Shown: positions 17,146 to 27,708 of the stretch, piece after piece | How the letters are laid out: each line of letters starts with the position of its first letter | Position numbering within the stretch: position 1 is the stretch's first letter | NCBI GenBank assembly: GCA_947305675.1 | Contig: CAMZED010000002.1 | Location: forward strand, 1-50,247 | Length of the DNA: 50,247 nucleotides | Direction of reading: 5' to 3' | DNA from: an uncultured Clostridia bacterium | GTDB lineage: Bacteria > Bacillota > Clostridia > Oscillospirales > CAG-382 | The notes under the pieces: generated by a model | The model's input: the letters and a program-made list of their open reading frames with translations, nothing else | What the model was told of the DNA's origin: nothing | Databases searched by the model: none | Made by a program: the position numbers and the translations under genes

Positions 17146-18912
17146 TCAGCGGCGGGTATATTCGAACCGCGGCTTATCCTTCCGGTTTCCGAGCGCATAT
17201 TCGATCACTTCGGATATGCGCTTTTCATTTTCGTCGGTAAACAAAAGCGTAACAAGCCCCACCCCCGAAGCCTTCAGCGCCGGCTTTCTGTCGAGCCGGA
17301 ACGCCGGGAGCGAGTTATAAACGGTGTTTGTATGCGATTCGCCGCTTATCACCGGGAACTTCGCCCCCGCGCGGTCGGTAAGTACCGCGTTGCAGCGGTC
17401 GGCGCGGGCGCACCCGGCGATGTTGGCGATTATGCAGGTGCGGGTGTACATGAGCGGAGTCCTGCCGTAACAAATGTATTCCAGCGCGCGGCGGCTGCCT
17501 TTCGGGAATCCGCCGTCGGTCTCCGGCGATATCATTATCGATGAGAGGGGATAGTTTTCGTAGAATTCAATCGATCTGCGGTTCGTAACATTAAGCGTAT
17601 AGTCGCCGTGCAGGAAGAAGCCTTTTAAGGCAAGCCGGAACTGCCAGACCGAATTCACCGTGAGGTGCTTTATCCCCGCGCCGAGCAGCGCGTCAAGCCT
17701 TTTTTCAACGCCCGGCATTTCGGCGCAAAATACACTTCGCGGCAATATCGCCGATAATTTATCGCGGTAGGGCGCAAGCCTTTTGTCGAGCGCGTCACGC
17801 AGCGGCACGTCGATCCGCGCGGCGGACGGCGCGTATTTTTTCAGCAGCTCTTCCGAGGGCAGTCCCCCCTCGAAGCGCAATACCGTTCCGCGCTGTTCTT
17901 TCGGGCTGATAAGCTCCGATCCGTTTTGCTCCGGCGGAACAAAAGGCGGGACGGCCGGTGCTTCGACCTTTGCGCGCGGCGGATAGGGCGGTTCCTGCGC
18001 GCGCCTTACCGCGCGGCTTTTTTCTTTGTCGGCGTCCGACCGCGAGCCGAACATCGATCTTGTTATCCTGCCGGTAAAATATCCGTCGGTGAATCCCCCG
18101 CGGGAGAACACGGCGGACAGATATTCGATCTCCCGCCCGTCGGCGTTGCGGTTCTCGTCGATAAGGCGGCGGTAGACCGAAGTCACCGCGTAGACGTAAT
18201 CGGGACTTTTCATCCTGCCCTCGATCTTTAATGAAGTCACGCCGCTGTCGGCGATCTCTTTTATATGCCCCGCCAGGCAAAGGTCTTTAAGCGAAAGCGG
18301 ATATTCGCTTTTCCCCTTGTAGGGCAGTCGGCAGGGCTGGGCGCATTCGCCGCGGTTGCCGCTTCTTCCGCCGATCACCGAGCTCATAAGGCATCCGCCG
18401 CTTTCGCAGACGCACAGCGCCCCGTGCGCAAATATCTCGGTTTCCAGCCCGACAGAGGCGCATTTTTTTATGTCGTCAAAACAAAGCTCGCGCGCGAGCA
18501 CCGCGCGTGTAAACCCAAGCTGTTTTACAAATTCCACGTCGCCGGGGGAGTGAAGCCGCATCTGGGTGCTGGCATGCAGCGCGATCCCGGGGAATTCCCG
18601 CCGCACCGAGGCGATCAGCCCGGCGTCCTGAACGATAAGCGCGTCCGGTTTCACCTTTTCGGCAAGGAACCCGACGTATTCGAGCGCTTCGTTCATCTCG
18701 CGATCGAAAAGAAGGGTGTTCAGAGCGACGTGCAGCCTTGCGCCGCGGGCGCGGCAAAGCGCGCTTGCCTCGGCAAGCGACTCTTTTGTGAAATTCGCGG
18801 CGTTCATCCTTGCGTTGAATACCGGACCGCCGACATATATCTCGTCGGCTCCCGCGTCGAGAGCCGCCTTCAGAGCCGCGGGCGAACCCGCCGGCGCAAG
18901 CAAATAAAGCAT
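17146..18912 (-). CDS. Peptidase U32 family protein
   Basis: 588 aa. The N-terminus is LLAPAGSPAALKAALDAGADEIYVGG. The U32 signature region is E.F.HGALC....G.C..S and the protein also contains SLKIEGRMKSPDYV. Confidence 0.85.
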   Translation of the reverse strand: MLYLLAPAGSPAALKAALDAGADEIYVGGPVFNARMNAANFTKESLAEASALCRARGARLHVALNTLLFDREMNEALEYVGFLAEKVKPDALIVQDAGLIASVRREFPGIALHASTQMRLHSPGDVEFVKQLGFTRAVLARELCFDDIKKCASVGLETEIFAHGALCVCESGGCLMSSVIGGRSGNRGECAQPCRLPYKGKSEYPLSLKDLCLAGHIKEIADSGVTSLKIEGRMKSPDYVYAVTSVYRRLIDENRNADGREIEYLSAVFSRGGFTDGYFTGRITRSMFGSRSDADKEKSRAVRRAQEPPYPPRAKVEAPAVPPFVPPEQNGSELISPKEQRGTVLRFEGGLPSEELLKKYAPSAARIDVPLRDALDKRLAPYRDKLSAILPRSVFCAEMPGVEKRLDALLGAGIKHLTVNSVWQFRLALKGFFLHGDYTLNVTNRRSIEFYENYPLSSIMISPETDGGFPKGSRRALEYICYGRTPLMYTRTCIIANIAGCARADRCNAVLTDRAGAKFPVISGESHTNTVYNSLPAFRLDRKPALKASGVGLVTLLFTDENEKRISEVIEYALGNRKDKPRFEYTRR

Positions 18913-18918
18913 AATAAC

Positions 18919-19785
18919 TTACCCTTCGAACATTTCGGCAAGCCTTCTTGCCGCGGCGGCGAGCTTCTTCACGCCGCCCTTTACGTCGTCGGAAGAATAT
19001 TTTCCGATATATCCGGCGGCTTCCAGCGTGAAATATCCGTTGTAGCCGATATCTTTAAGCGCTTTTACGATCGGCTCGAAATCTATGTCCATCGAAAAAG
19101 GTATCTGATGGTTGTCGTGAGTGCGGTCGTTGTCGTGGATATGCAGTGCCTGAAGGCGTTCGTTCCCCAGCGCGTAGATCATATCGACGGCGCTCACCCC
19201 GAAATAATGCATCATCTCGGCGTGACCGAGGTCGAGGCAGGCGACAAGATCGGGGCTTCCGACGGCTTCGAGGTTATCGATAAAACTCTGCGGCGAACAG
19301 CATGCCGCCACCGCGGCGTGCCCCGCGGCGTTATCCCAGTTATACATATTCTCGGCGGCGATCTTCACCCCGAGCTTTTTCGCCGCGGGAAGGAACTCGG
19401 CGTAATATTCGGCATTTTGCGCGGGGGTAAAGTTGTTCACCGGGTGAACGACGCAGATCTTCCCGCCCGCTGCCGCGGTGCATTCAAGCGCGCGCACCGT
19501 TTTCGCCCTCACCTCGGGCACGTGGACGGGATAGGGCGAATGGGACTGGTTGCAGACTATTCCGTTTTCGCGCCCGATCTCGCCGAGCTTATAGGCGTAT
19601 TCAAGATAGGCGTCGCCGTTCAGGGGGTGATCGCTCGGGATGACCGTACCTTTGCTCCAGTCATAGCAAGCCATGACGTGCATCGAAAAATCCCAGGCGT
19701 CGAACCCGGCGTCGGCGACCATTCTCACGGCGTCCTCGTGCCCGACGTAACGTGCTATCGAGTTTATTTCAGTGGATATTTTCAT
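18919..19785 (-). CDS. Sugar phosphate isomerase/epimerase (xylose isomerase-like TIM barrel)
   Basis: 288 aa. It shows the AAENM ... LDLGHA ... LHIHDND metal-ligand pattern of the AP endonuclease 2 / XylA-like TIM family. Confidence 0.7.
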   Translation of the reverse strand: MKISTEINSIARYVGHEDAVRMVADAGFDAWDFSMHVMACYDWSKGTVIPSDHPLNGDAYLEYAYKLGEIGRENGIVCNQSHSPYPVHVPEVRAKTVRALECTAAAGGKICVVHPVNNFTPAQNAEYYAEFLPAAKKLGVKIAAENMYNWDNAAGHAAVAACCSPQSFIDNLEAVGSPDLVACLDLGHAEMMHYFGVSAVDMIYALGNERLQALHIHDNDRTHDNHQIPFSMDIDFEPIVKALKDIGYNGYFTLEAAGYIGKYSSDDVKGGVKKLAAAARRLAEMFEG

Positions 19786-19960
19786 AATTACCGTCCGTTT
19801 TCAAAAGAATATTTAGCCCGTATTCCAATGACGACAAGCCGAAAAGAGTCGGAATAGCGCCGTTTGAGCGGGTTCGTATAGTTCTCGTTACCCTAAAGCA
19901 TTGTAATACATTATTTGCGTTTCGTCAAGAAAAAACGGCTTTAAGGGATATAATTTGCTA

Positions 19961-19989
19961 TTGAAAAGGAATTTAAAATGTGGTAATAT
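19961..19989 (+). promoter_or_regulatory. Candidate sigma-A promoter for clpP
   Basis: TTGAAA, a 17-nt spacer and TAATAT preceded by TGg. No CtsR direct repeat was seen. Confidence 0.5.
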
Positions 19990-20021
19990 ATTGTGAATAA
20001 TGTTGTCCGGAGGATAAAGCA

Positions 20022-20597
20022 ATGATACAAAATCCCACTTTCATAGAAAACGAGGGCGGCCAGCGCAACGGTTACGATCTTTTCAGCCGTCTGTTAAAAG
20101 ACAGGATAATTCTGCTGTTCAACGAAATAAACGACGATCTCGCCTGCAGTATTGTCGGGCAGCTTCTTTTCCTCGAAGCACAGGATCCGGATAAGGATAT
20201 CACGGTATATATCAACTCGCCCGGCGGGAGCGTTTCGGCGGGATTTGCCATATATGATACGATAAAGACGCTTAAATGCGACGTTTCCACCGTTTGCGTC
20301 GGGAGCGCCTGCAGTATGGGCGCTTTCCTGCTCGCCGCCGGGACAAAAGGCAAGCGTTTCGCCCTGCCCAACAGCGAGGTGATGCTTCACCAGGTGATCG
20401 GTACGGTCGGCGGTCAGGCGTCCGACGTTATAATCGCCGCCGATTTCGCCAACCGCACAAAAGAGCGCATCAACCGCATCCTTTCGGAAAACATCGGCAG
20501 ACCGGTCGAAGAGATCCGCCGCGATACCGAACGCGATAACTGGATGTACGCCGAGGACGCCCTGGCTTACGGCGTGGTCGACGGCATAATTAAGTGA
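20022..20597 (+). CDS. clpP: ATP-dependent Clp protease proteolytic subunit
   Basis: 191 aa. Motifs are DRIILL, INSPGGSVSAGFAIYDT, GSACSMGAFLLAAG (catalytic Ser) and MLHQ. Confidence 0.93.
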   Translation: MIQNPTFIENEGGQRNGYDLFSRLLKDRIILLFNEINDDLACSIVGQLLFLEAQDPDKDITVYINSPGGSVSAGFAIYDTIKTLKCDVSTVCVGSACSMGAFLLAAGTKGKRFALPNSEVMLHQVIGTVGGQASDVIIAADFANRTKERINRILSENIGRPVEEIRRDTERDNWMYAEDALAYGVVDGIIK

Positions 20598-20601
20598 TCC
20601 C

Positions 20602-21534
20602 ATGTTCGGTCTGACCGCGATAAAAGTCCTGGCGATGATCGCCTACGGCGCGCCGGGATTCATTTTGGTCAAAGTGAAGGCGCTGGGCGAAAAGCACATC
20701 AGTGCCTTTGCGGTTTTTCTGCTTTACGTCTGCCAGCCCGCGCTTTCGGTCTATGCGCTCGATTCGGTCGACTGCACTCCCGAAATACTCAAAAACATGG
20801 CGGTGTTTTTTGCGGTGACGCTTGTCGCCCAGATAGCAATAATCGCCGTTTATTCGCTTGTGTTCCGCAAAAAACTCGCCGACGCGGCTCACCGCATATG
20901 CGCCGTGGCGGGCGCCTGCGGCAACGTGGGATTTTTGGGGATCCCGCTGCTCGAACAGCTTTTGCCGGACCATCCCGAAGCGCTCGCCTATTCCGCGACT
21001 TTTTCGGTATCGATGAACGTTATCGCCTGGACTCTCGGGCTTGCGCTCATCACCGGCGATAAAAAGTTCATCGGCTTGAAGAACCTGCTGCTCAACCCCG
21101 CGACGCTGGCCTTTATCGTTTCGTTTCCGCTGTTTGTCGCCGGGGTGAAGATCCCGTCCGCCGTCGGCAGATATATCGAAACTCTGGGCAGAATGTCCAC
21201 CCCGGTATGTATGACCGTTTTGGGGATGCGGCTGGCGCTGAGAAAATTTCGCTCTGTTTTTTCCGACGGGCGCGTATATCTTGCGGCGATTTCAAAGCTT
21301 TTGGTATTTCCGGCGCTCGCCGCGCTGCTGTTTTTGCCGATCCCCGTCGATCAGTCGGTAAAATCCGCCGCTTTCATACTTTGCTCCTGCCCCGCGGCGG
21401 CAATGATACAAAGCCTTGCCGAAACGCACGGGGGCGATTCCGGGACCGCGGCGGACGTTGTCCTTTCGACCAGCCTGATCTGCGTTTTGAGCATACCCGC
21501 CGTCTGGACCGTGTATAACGCGATATTCGGCTGA
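20602..21534 (+). CDS. AEC (auxin efflux carrier) family permease
   Basis: 310 aa, about 10 hydrophobic spans. The N-terminal pattern and two-half architecture are typical of the AEC/malate permease family. Confidence 0.7.
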   Translation: MFGLTAIKVLAMIAYGAPGFILVKVKALGEKHISAFAVFLLYVCQPALSVYALDSVDCTPEILKNMAVFFAVTLVAQIAIIAVYSLVFRKKLADAAHRICAVAGACGNVGFLGIPLLEQLLPDHPEALAYSATFSVSMNVIAWTLGLALITGDKKFIGLKNLLLNPATLAFIVSFPLFVAGVKIPSAVGRYIETLGRMSTPVCMTVLGMRLALRKFRSVFSDGRVYLAAISKLLVFPALAALLFLPIPVDQSVKSAAFILCSCPAAAMIQSLAETHGGDSGTAADVVLSTSLICVLSIPAVWTVYNAIFG

Positions 21535-21575
21535 ATAAATATTTGTTGTAAGATGATCATTCAGAGGTGATTTCC

Positions 21576-22646
21576 ATGAAGAAAAAAATCGGAGTTATTT
21601 TCGGCGGACAGTCGTCGGAATACAAAATAAGCTGTATCTCCGCGGCGAACGTCTGCGAAAATACCGATAAAGAAAAGTTCGAAGTCGTCAAAATAGGCAT
21701 CACCCCGGACGGGAGATGGTGGCTTTATTCAGGCGGGACCGACGCGATGCGGCTCGACACCTGGGCGGACGACTTTTCGCTCCTCCGTCCGGCGGTAATA
21801 TCTCCCTGCAAAGCGCACCGCGGGCTGGTTTTGTTCGACGGCGTAAGCGGCAGTTTCGAAATTTTGAGGCTCGACGCGGTGTTCCCGGTGCTTCACGGCA
21901 AGAACGGCGAGGACGGCACCATGCAGGGCCTGCTTTCGCTTGCCGGGATCCCGTTCGTCGGCTGCGGAACCTGCGCTTCGGCGATCGCCATGGACAAAGC
22001 GTTCACCAAGACGGTCGTGATGCAAAGCGGAGTTCCCGTGGTGCCTTTTATAAGCGCCGTCAAAGGCGAATCCGCCGGATCGATCGCCGACCGTGCGGAA
22101 AAGGAATATACATATCCGATGTTCGTAAAACCGGCCAACGCCGGCAGTTCGGTCGGAATAACCAAGGCGCGCGGCAGGGAAGAGCTTATCGCCGGAATAA
22201 AGACGGCTTTCGATAACGATTATAAACTTCTTGTAGAGCCCGCTGTTTCCGGCAGGGAGATCGAAGTGGCCGTCATCGGCAACGGCGAACCCTTTGCCTC
22301 GGTCTGCGGCGAGATCGTACCCAACAGCGATTTTTACGATTACGAGACGAAATATATCGACGACCGCGCCGAATGCCTTGCTCCGGCGCCGATAAAGCCG
22401 CAGGTCTCCGACGCGATCAGGGAATCCGCCAAAAAGGTATATATCGCGCTCGGCTGCGCCGGACTTTCGAGGGTCGATTTCTTCCTTCTCCCCGACGGCA
22501 GCCATATGCTCAACGAAATAAACACCATTCCCGGGTTCACCCCCATAAGTATGTATCCCAGGCTTATGGGCTGCAGCGGGATCGATTACAAATCGCTTAT
22601 TACAAAACTTATCGACCTTGCGTTGGAGCGCTCCGAAAATGAATAA
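21576..22646 (+). CDS. ddl: D-alanine--D-alanine ligase
   Basis: MKKKIGVIFGGQSSEYKIS ... HGKNGEDGTMQGLL ... EINTIPGFT. The ATG at 21576 has an AGAGG RBS, and the upstream GTG at 21567 is less likely. Confidence 0.9.
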   Translation: MKKKIGVIFGGQSSEYKISCISAANVCENTDKEKFEVVKIGITPDGRWWLYSGGTDAMRLDTWADDFSLLRPAVISPCKAHRGLVLFDGVSGSFEILRLDAVFPVLHGKNGEDGTMQGLLSLAGIPFVGCGTCASAIAMDKAFTKTVVMQSGVPVVPFISAVKGESAGSIADRAEKEYTYPMFVKPANAGSSVGITKARGREELIAGIKTAFDNDYKLLVEPAVSGREIEVAVIGNGEPFASVCGEIVPNSDFYDYETKYIDDRAECLAPAPIKPQVSDAIRESAKKVYIALGCAGLSRVDFFLLPDGSHMLNEINTIPGFTPISMYPRLMGCSGIDYKSLITKLIDLALERSENE

Positions 22647-23454
22647 AAACGCTCTGCCGATCGGAGTTTTCGATTCCGGATTGGGCGGGCTTACCGCTTT
22701 TGCCGAACTGAAGCGCATAATGCCCGGCGAAAACATAATTTATTTCGGCGATAACGCCCGCATCCCGTACGGGACGAAATCCCCGGCGCTTATAAAAAAA
22801 TACGCACTGCAGGATACGCGTTTCCTGACGTCCGTCGGAGTAAAAGCGATCCTTGTCGCCTGCGGGACCGTCAGCTCCAACTGCCTGCCCGACGTCGGCG
22901 CCGAAAGCGGACTGCCGGTGACGGGGGTCATCAAATCGCCGGCTTCGATCGCGGCGAAGATCGCCGCCAAAGGCAAAGGCACCGTCGCCGTGCTGGGAAC
23001 CACGGCAACCGTAAGAAGCGGCGCTTTCCAGCGCGAGCTCGAAACGCTCGGGGTAAAAAACGTCATCGCCCGCGCCTGCCCGATGTTCGTGCCGCTTGCC
23101 GAAAGCTGGCATCCTTCCGCCGACGACGCCGCCGCCAACGCGATCGCGCGGGAATATCTTTCCGACGTGGCGTTAAAACAGCCCGACGCCGTGATCCTCG
23201 GATGTACTCATTATCCGCTGCTTTCCGACGTGATAAAAAAATTTTTCCCCGGTTCGGCGCTTATAAGCTCCGGCAGGGAATCGGCTTACGAAATGCGCGA
23301 TGTGATCGTTTCGCTCGGATTGGAAAACCGCGGCGGCGGGGAATACGGGTTTTACACCAGCGACGACGCCGATCTGTTCAAACGCAGCGCCGCCGCTTTC
23401 CTCGGCGATGAGATCACCGGGGAAGTCAAAAAAATAGACATTGAAAAATTTTGA
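22639..23454 (+). CDS. murI: Glutamate racemase
   Basis: MNKNALPIGVFDSGLGGLT ... YFGDNARIPYG ... ACGT ... LGCTHYP. The start overlaps the ddl stop by 8 nt. Confidence 0.9.
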   Translation: MNKNALPIGVFDSGLGGLTAFAELKRIMPGENIIYFGDNARIPYGTKSPALIKKYALQDTRFLTSVGVKAILVACGTVSSNCLPDVGAESGLPVTGVIKSPASIAAKIAAKGKGTVAVLGTTATVRSGAFQRELETLGVKNVIARACPMFVPLAESWHPSADDAAANAIAREYLSDVALKQPDAVILGCTHYPLLSDVIKKFFPGSALISSGRESAYEMRDVIVSLGLENRGGGEYGFYTSDDADLFKRSAAAFLGDEITGEVKKIDIEKF

Positions 23455-23469
23455 TATCGGAACGTTAAT

Positions 23470-23925
23470 ATGAAAATACCAATAGACATCCGCGTTCAGA
23501 GCGAACGCGTCTGCAACGATCTTCTGCGCCGCGGCGGTCCGGAGCCCGAACCGGAACGCGACGATTATCTCGCACACGGCTATATGCGCAAGACAAAAGA
23601 CGGGTTCAGGATCGAATATGTCGAATCGGACGAGAATGTGACGACTACCATCGATACCTTTGCCGACGACACCGTTGCGCTCAACCGCACCGGACCGATG
23701 CATTCGCATATGGTCTTTGCCGACGGCAAAACGCATATCTGCATCTGCGATACCGACTATATGCCGATCCAGCTGCGCGTGAACACCAAAAAATTAAAGA
23801 ATTCGCTTTCGCTTCAGGGCGGGAAACTCGATATTGATTATACGGTCGAGATCGTCGGCAATCTTGCCGAAAAGAACAAACTCACGTTTTCGGTTTCGCC
23901 CGATAAAAGCATAATCCGTTCATAG
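23470..23925 (+). CDS. DUF1934 (YwiB-like) beta-barrel protein
   Basis: 151 aa. Size and alternating beta pattern (LNRTGPMHSHMVFADGK ... LDIDYTVEI) resemble YwiB. The family call is from memory. Confidence 0.5.
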   Translation: MKIPIDIRVQSERVCNDLLRRGGPEPEPERDDYLAHGYMRKTKDGFRIEYVESDENVTTTIDTFADDTVALNRTGPMHSHMVFADGKTHICICDTDYMPIQLRVNTKKLKNSLSLQGGKLDIDYTVEIVGNLAEKNKLTFSVSPDKSIIRS

Positions 23926-23959
23926 TTAATTAACGATTGCAAAAAAGGAAGTTTTTAAA

Positions 23960-24859
23960 ATGGCTGTCAGAATAAAAACGCCCGCCGACGGTATGATCGC
24001 GCTCCCGCGCGAAGTGCTTCCGCACGTAAAAAACGCCGCGCCGGACGAAATAAAACTGCTTATATACCTTTTCGCCGATCCTGAAACGACGCTCGCCGAC
24101 GCCGCGCGCGAGCTCGGCGTTACGCTCGCCCGTGCCGAGGCGGCTTACTCTTTCTGGCGCGGAGCGGGGATAATCGTCGAATCGGAATCCGGGAAAGCCA
24201 AAGTCGCGCACGATACGAGCGCTTACCGCAATTACGACAGCGAAACTTTGTCGAACGCAATCGAAAAAGACGGCGAGTTTGCCATGCTTTGCGAACACAC
24301 ATCGGAAAAACTCGGCAAACAGCTCACCAAAAATGATTACAGTTCGCTTTTTTATCTTTACGATTTCGTGCGGATGCCGGCTCCGGTCATCTGCGGAGTG
24401 GTGGAAAAATGCTGTGCCGACGGCAAAAACAGCCTGCAGTATATATTCAAAAAGACGGTCGGGCTTTATGACGACGGAATAGATACCTATGATAAATTTG
24501 AGGCTTATCTCAAACGCCTCGCGGCGATAAATTCCGATATAGGCAGGCTGCGCCGTCTGTGCGGAATGGGCGACAGATCGCTTACTCCGAAAGAGCAGAA
24601 AACTTTTGACCAATGGTTCGGCGAATGGGCCATGCCGTTCGATCTTGTAAAACTTGCTTACGAAAAGACGGTCGACGGGACCGGAAAACTTTCGTTCACC
24701 TATATGAACGGGATAATAAAACGCTGGCACGAGAGCGGGTTTACCACGCTCGAGGAAGTCGCCGCGGGCGAAGCGAACCGCAAGGCGGAGAAAAACAACT
24801 CCAGTTTTGCCGAGGACGATTTCATCGCTGCCGCGCTCAACCGCGGATTCGATGACTGA
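23960..24859 (+). CDS. DnaD-domain replication initiation protein (DnaB/DnaD-like)
   Basis: 299 aa. The C-terminal DnaD/DnaB_2 signature is LSFTYMNGIIKRWHESGFTTLEEV. It is positioned immediately upstream of dnaI. Confidence 0.7.
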   Translation: MAVRIKTPADGMIALPREVLPHVKNAAPDEIKLLIYLFADPETTLADAARELGVTLARAEAAYSFWRGAGIIVESESGKAKVAHDTSAYRNYDSETLSNAIEKDGEFAMLCEHTSEKLGKQLTKNDYSSLFYLYDFVRMPAPVICGVVEKCCADGKNSLQYIFKKTVGLYDDGIDTYDKFEAYLKRLAAINSDIGRLRRLCGMGDRSLTPKEQKTFDQWFGEWAMPFDLVKLAYEKTVDGTGKLSFTYMNGIIKRWHESGFTTLEEVAAGEANRKAEKNNSSFAEDDFIAAALNRGFDD

Positions 24860-24873
24860 AAGGGGTTTGACCG

Positions 24874-25806
24874 ATGAATCTCAACGAAGCGCTTGACGTT
24901 AAAACCAGAAAAAGAATTGCCGCCATCGAAGCCGCCGACGAGCGCCGCGCCCGGCTTCACCTGTTGGTGCCGCGGATCGCCGTCATCGATGCCGAGATAG
25001 CCGAAATGCCTTTGAAGATATTCAACGGCGGAGATATCGACGCCTTGCGCAAAAGCACCGAATCGCTTGTCGCCGAACGCGAAAGACTGCTTGAAGCCAA
25101 CGGGTTCGACGTCGGGTATGACGAACCGGTTTTCGAATGCGAAAAATGCCGCGACAGCGGTTATGTCGAAGGGCTTAAGATCTGCGACTGCGTTAAAAAA
25201 CTCGCTGTTTCGACGGGATACGCCGAGAGCAGCGTTCTTGCCCGCGGGCTGGCTTCAAAAAGTTTTGATAACTTTGACACCGGCTATTACAACCCGGAAG
25301 ACCGCGGCACAATGGACGAAGTGCTTGCCTACTGCAAAAAATACGCCGAAAACTTTCCGCCGCACGGCATAAGCGGGCTTTTGTTCACCGGAGGGACCGG
25401 GTTGGGCAAAACACATCTTTCCGCGGCGATCGCAAACACCGCGGCGGGCAACGGACATTACACAGTATATGAAACGGCGCAGCAAATCGCCGACACCTGC
25501 GACGGAGTGCGGTTCAACAAACTTCCCGCCGCCGAAAAAGAAAAATACGAGCGCTGCGAACTGCTTCTTATCGACGATCTCGGCGCCGAATGCAAAACCA
25601 ATTACAGCGTTGCGGCGTTGTCCAACCTTATAGATCTGCGTATGGTCAACGGCAGGCAGACGGTCGTCAGCACCAACCTTACCCCAAAAGAAATATCAGC
25701 TTCTTACGGCGAACGCCTGCTTTCGCGGCTTCTGGGCGAATTCCGGCTGATCAGGTTCGTCGGGAGCGATATAAGGATGCAAAAACTGGCGGGTGGCAAG
25801 CGTTGA
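24874..25806 (+). CDS. dnaI: Helicase loader DnaI/DnaC-type AAA+ ATPase
   Basis: 310 aa. A Cys cluster (CEKCRDSGY...CDC), Walker A ([10 protein letters not shown]) and Walker B (LLLIDDLG) are present. Confidence 0.8.
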   Translation: MNLNEALDVKTRKRIAAIEAADERRARLHLLVPRIAVIDAEIAEMPLKIFNGGDIDALRKSTESLVAERERLLEANGFDVGYDEPVFECEKCRDSGYVEGLKICDCVKKLAVSTGYAESSVLARGLASKSFDNFDTGYYNPEDRGTMDEVLAYCKKYAENFPPHGISGLLFTGGTGLGKTHLSAAIANTAAGNGHYTVYETAQQIADTCDGVRFNKLPAAEKEKYERCELLLIDDLGAECKTNYSVAALSNLIDLRMVNGRQTVVSTNLTPKEISASYGERLLSRLLGEFRLIRFVGSDIRMQKLAGGKR

Positions 25807-26249
25807 AAAAGGTAAATATTTATACCGACGGTGCCTGCAGCGGCAACCCCGGACCCGGCGGCTGGGCGGCTGTTCTTGAATTCAACGGGCGCGAACTTGA
25901 ACTTTCCGGCGGGGAGGAAAACACCACCAACAACCGTATGGAACTCACTGCCGCGATAATGGGGCTCGAGGCGCTCAAAGAGGAATGCGAAGTCACGCTT
26001 TACAGCGATTCGCAATATCTTGTGAACGCCGTCGAAAAGGGCTGGCTTAAAAGCTGGATCGCAAAGGGCTGGATAAAATCCGACAGGAAGCCGGTGATCA
26101 ACGACGATCTGTGGAAGCGCCTGGTTTTATTGCTCGAACGGCATAAAGTCGCGTTCGTCTGGGTGCGCGGACACAACGGGCACGCTTATAACGAACGCTG
26201 CGACGCGCTCGCCGTATCCGAATCCGAAAAATTTATAAAAAACCGGTAA
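25803..26249 (+). CDS. rnhA: Ribonuclease HI
   Basis: (M)[21 protein letters not shown] ... TTNNRMEL ... SDSQY ... [17 protein letters not shown]. There is no in-frame ATG near the homologous N-terminus. A TTG at 25803 overlaps the dnaI stop. The N-terminus of the track ORF starting at 25590 is not RNase H-like. Confidence 0.85.
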   Translation: MKKVNIYTDGACSGNPGPGGWAAVLEFNGRELELSGGEENTTNNRMELTAAIMGLEALKEECEVTLYSDSQYLVNAVEKGWLKSWIAKGWIKSDRKPVINDDLWKRLVLLLERHKVAFVWVRGHNGHAYNERCDALAVSESEKFIKNR

Positions 26250-26255
26250 AAAAAT

Positions 26256-26295
26256 CCGCGCCTGTTCCGACAAAGACAGGCGCGGGTCTGTTTTT
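26256..26295. terminator. Bidirectional terminator between rnhA and the convergent hydrolase operon
   Basis: The hairpin is ccgcgcctgt ... acaggcgcgg, with an A-run upstream and gtctgttttt downstream. Confidence 0.7.
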
Positions 26296-26301
26296 ATGCG
26301 T

Positions 26302-27705
26302 TTATTCCGCCGAGATATCGAATTCCCGTATGCAAAGGTTTCCGCAGCGGGGTTCGACGGTCCATTTCCCGGCGTTAAGATCGAATATCCATTTTTGGGT
26401 ATGGCAGGTGTCGGCGTGGCGGAAAGTCGCCGTGACGGTATCTCCGGAATATTCGTAAGATCCGTAGACGTCGAAAGGTATTTCTCTGCCGAGCGCCGGA
26501 TCGGAAGGCACCTGAGTTATGTCGAAATCGCGCAGAGAAGCGACGCTCCGGATATATTCGCCGTTTCCGCATCTTATCACTCTGTCGCTGCCGTCGGCGG
26601 TCACGGTGATGCAAAGTCCGTCGCCTTCTGCGCAAAGCCTTACCCGGGTTATCCCGGCTCCGTTCGGTGCGACGGCGAGATCGGCTTCACGGCGGAAAGG
26701 CTCGGTTTTCGGAACCGAATAAAGGTTTTCACACAGTTTTTCTACTTCCTCCGCGGGGCAATCCCCGGGTTTAAAGAGGTCGTCGAGCATTTTGTTGAAA
26801 AATTCGAACTCTTTTACCGCGTCGTAAGATTCTCCGAAAAATACCGCCACAACGTCTTCTTCCGGCAAAACGAACATTATCTGCCCGTATGCGCCGTCGC
26901 CCCTGAATCCTCCGCGCCCGTTCTTCCAGAACTGGTATCCGTAACCCGAGCTCCAGTCGGGCGAGACGTGGTTTACGTATGATTCGGTGTGCTTGGAGGT
27001 CGCGTTTTTTATATATTCTTCGCTTACTATGCGTTTGCCGTTATAAACGCCTTTCTGCATAAGCATCTGGCCGAACCTTGCGACAGTCTCGGTGTTCACC
27101 ATCAATCCCGTTCCGCCGAGATTGGTGCCGTCGAGAGCTTCGCGCCATTCGGGCTTTTCCACGCCGAGCTTGGAAAACAGCTTTTCGTATGCGAGATCCG
27201 CAAATTTCCTGCCCGTCACTCTTTCGACCGCGGCGGCGCAGACCATGGTCGCCCCGGTGCTGTAAACAAAAGTTTCGCCGGGCTCGAACTGCATCGGGAA
27301 TGCAAAGAACTCTTTAAGCGCGTCTTTGCCCCAGCGCATCTCCTCCAGCACGCACCTGCCGTGCCCGCAGCGCATTGTAAGGCAATCCTCCAGGGTCAGT
27401 TTTTTAAGCCCTTCGGTAAGCTCACCCGGCATTTTGTCGGGAAAAAGTTCGCAAAGCTTCACGTCGGGGGACAAAAGCCCCTCGTCGATACATATGCCGC
27501 ACATGACCGAGCAGAACGGCTTCGAAAGCGAGTAAAGATACATCCTTCCGTCGGGTTCATAAGGGGCAAAAGCGCATTTCACCACGGTTTCGCCGCCTTT
27601 AAGTATCTGCAGCGCGCGCGGCGCCGTGAGTATGGTTCCGCAGTTCAGAATAAAATCTTTTACCGCTCCGGCGTTAACGCCTTCTTTTATATAAACTCTT
27701 TTCAT
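26302..27705 (-). CDS. Beta-lactamase-family serine hydrolase (paralog 1)
   Basis: 467 aa. The SxxK motif is in YSLSKPF. Also present are YSTGAT and GYGYQFW. A C-terminal beta-rich extension is shared with the neighbouring paralog. Confidence 0.8.
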   Translation of the reverse strand: MKRVYIKEGVNAGAVKDFILNCGTILTAPRALQILKGGETVVKCAFAPYEPDGRMYLYSLSKPFCSVMCGICIDEGLLSPDVKLCELFPDKMPGELTEGLKKLTLEDCLTMRCGHGRCVLEEMRWGKDALKEFFAFPMQFEPGETFVYSTGATMVCAAAVERVTGRKFADLAYEKLFSKLGVEKPEWREALDGTNLGGTGLMVNTETVARFGQMLMQKGVYNGKRIVSEEYIKNATSKHTESYVNHVSPDWSSGYGYQFWKNGRGGFRGDGAYGQIMFVLPEEDVVAVFFGESYDAVKEFEFFNKMLDDLFKPGDCPAEEVEKLCENLYSVPKTEPFRREADLAVAPNGAGITRVRLCAEGDGLCITVTADGSDRVIRCGNGEYIRSVASLRDFDITQVPSDPALGREIPFDVYGSYEYSGDTVTATFRHADTCHTQKWIFDLNAGKWTVEPRCGNLCIREFDISAE

Positions 27706-27708
27706 TTT

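Noticed and set aside
19786-20021. A possible CtsR operator upstream of clpP.
   Set aside because: No tandem (A/G)GTCAAA heptad repeat is present. Only a single gtcaag occurs.
25590-25802. The N-terminal extension of the rnhA track ORF (219 aa).
   Set aside because: The extension lies out of frame inside dnaI and has no RNase H homology. The homologous N-terminus begins at the TTG at 25803.
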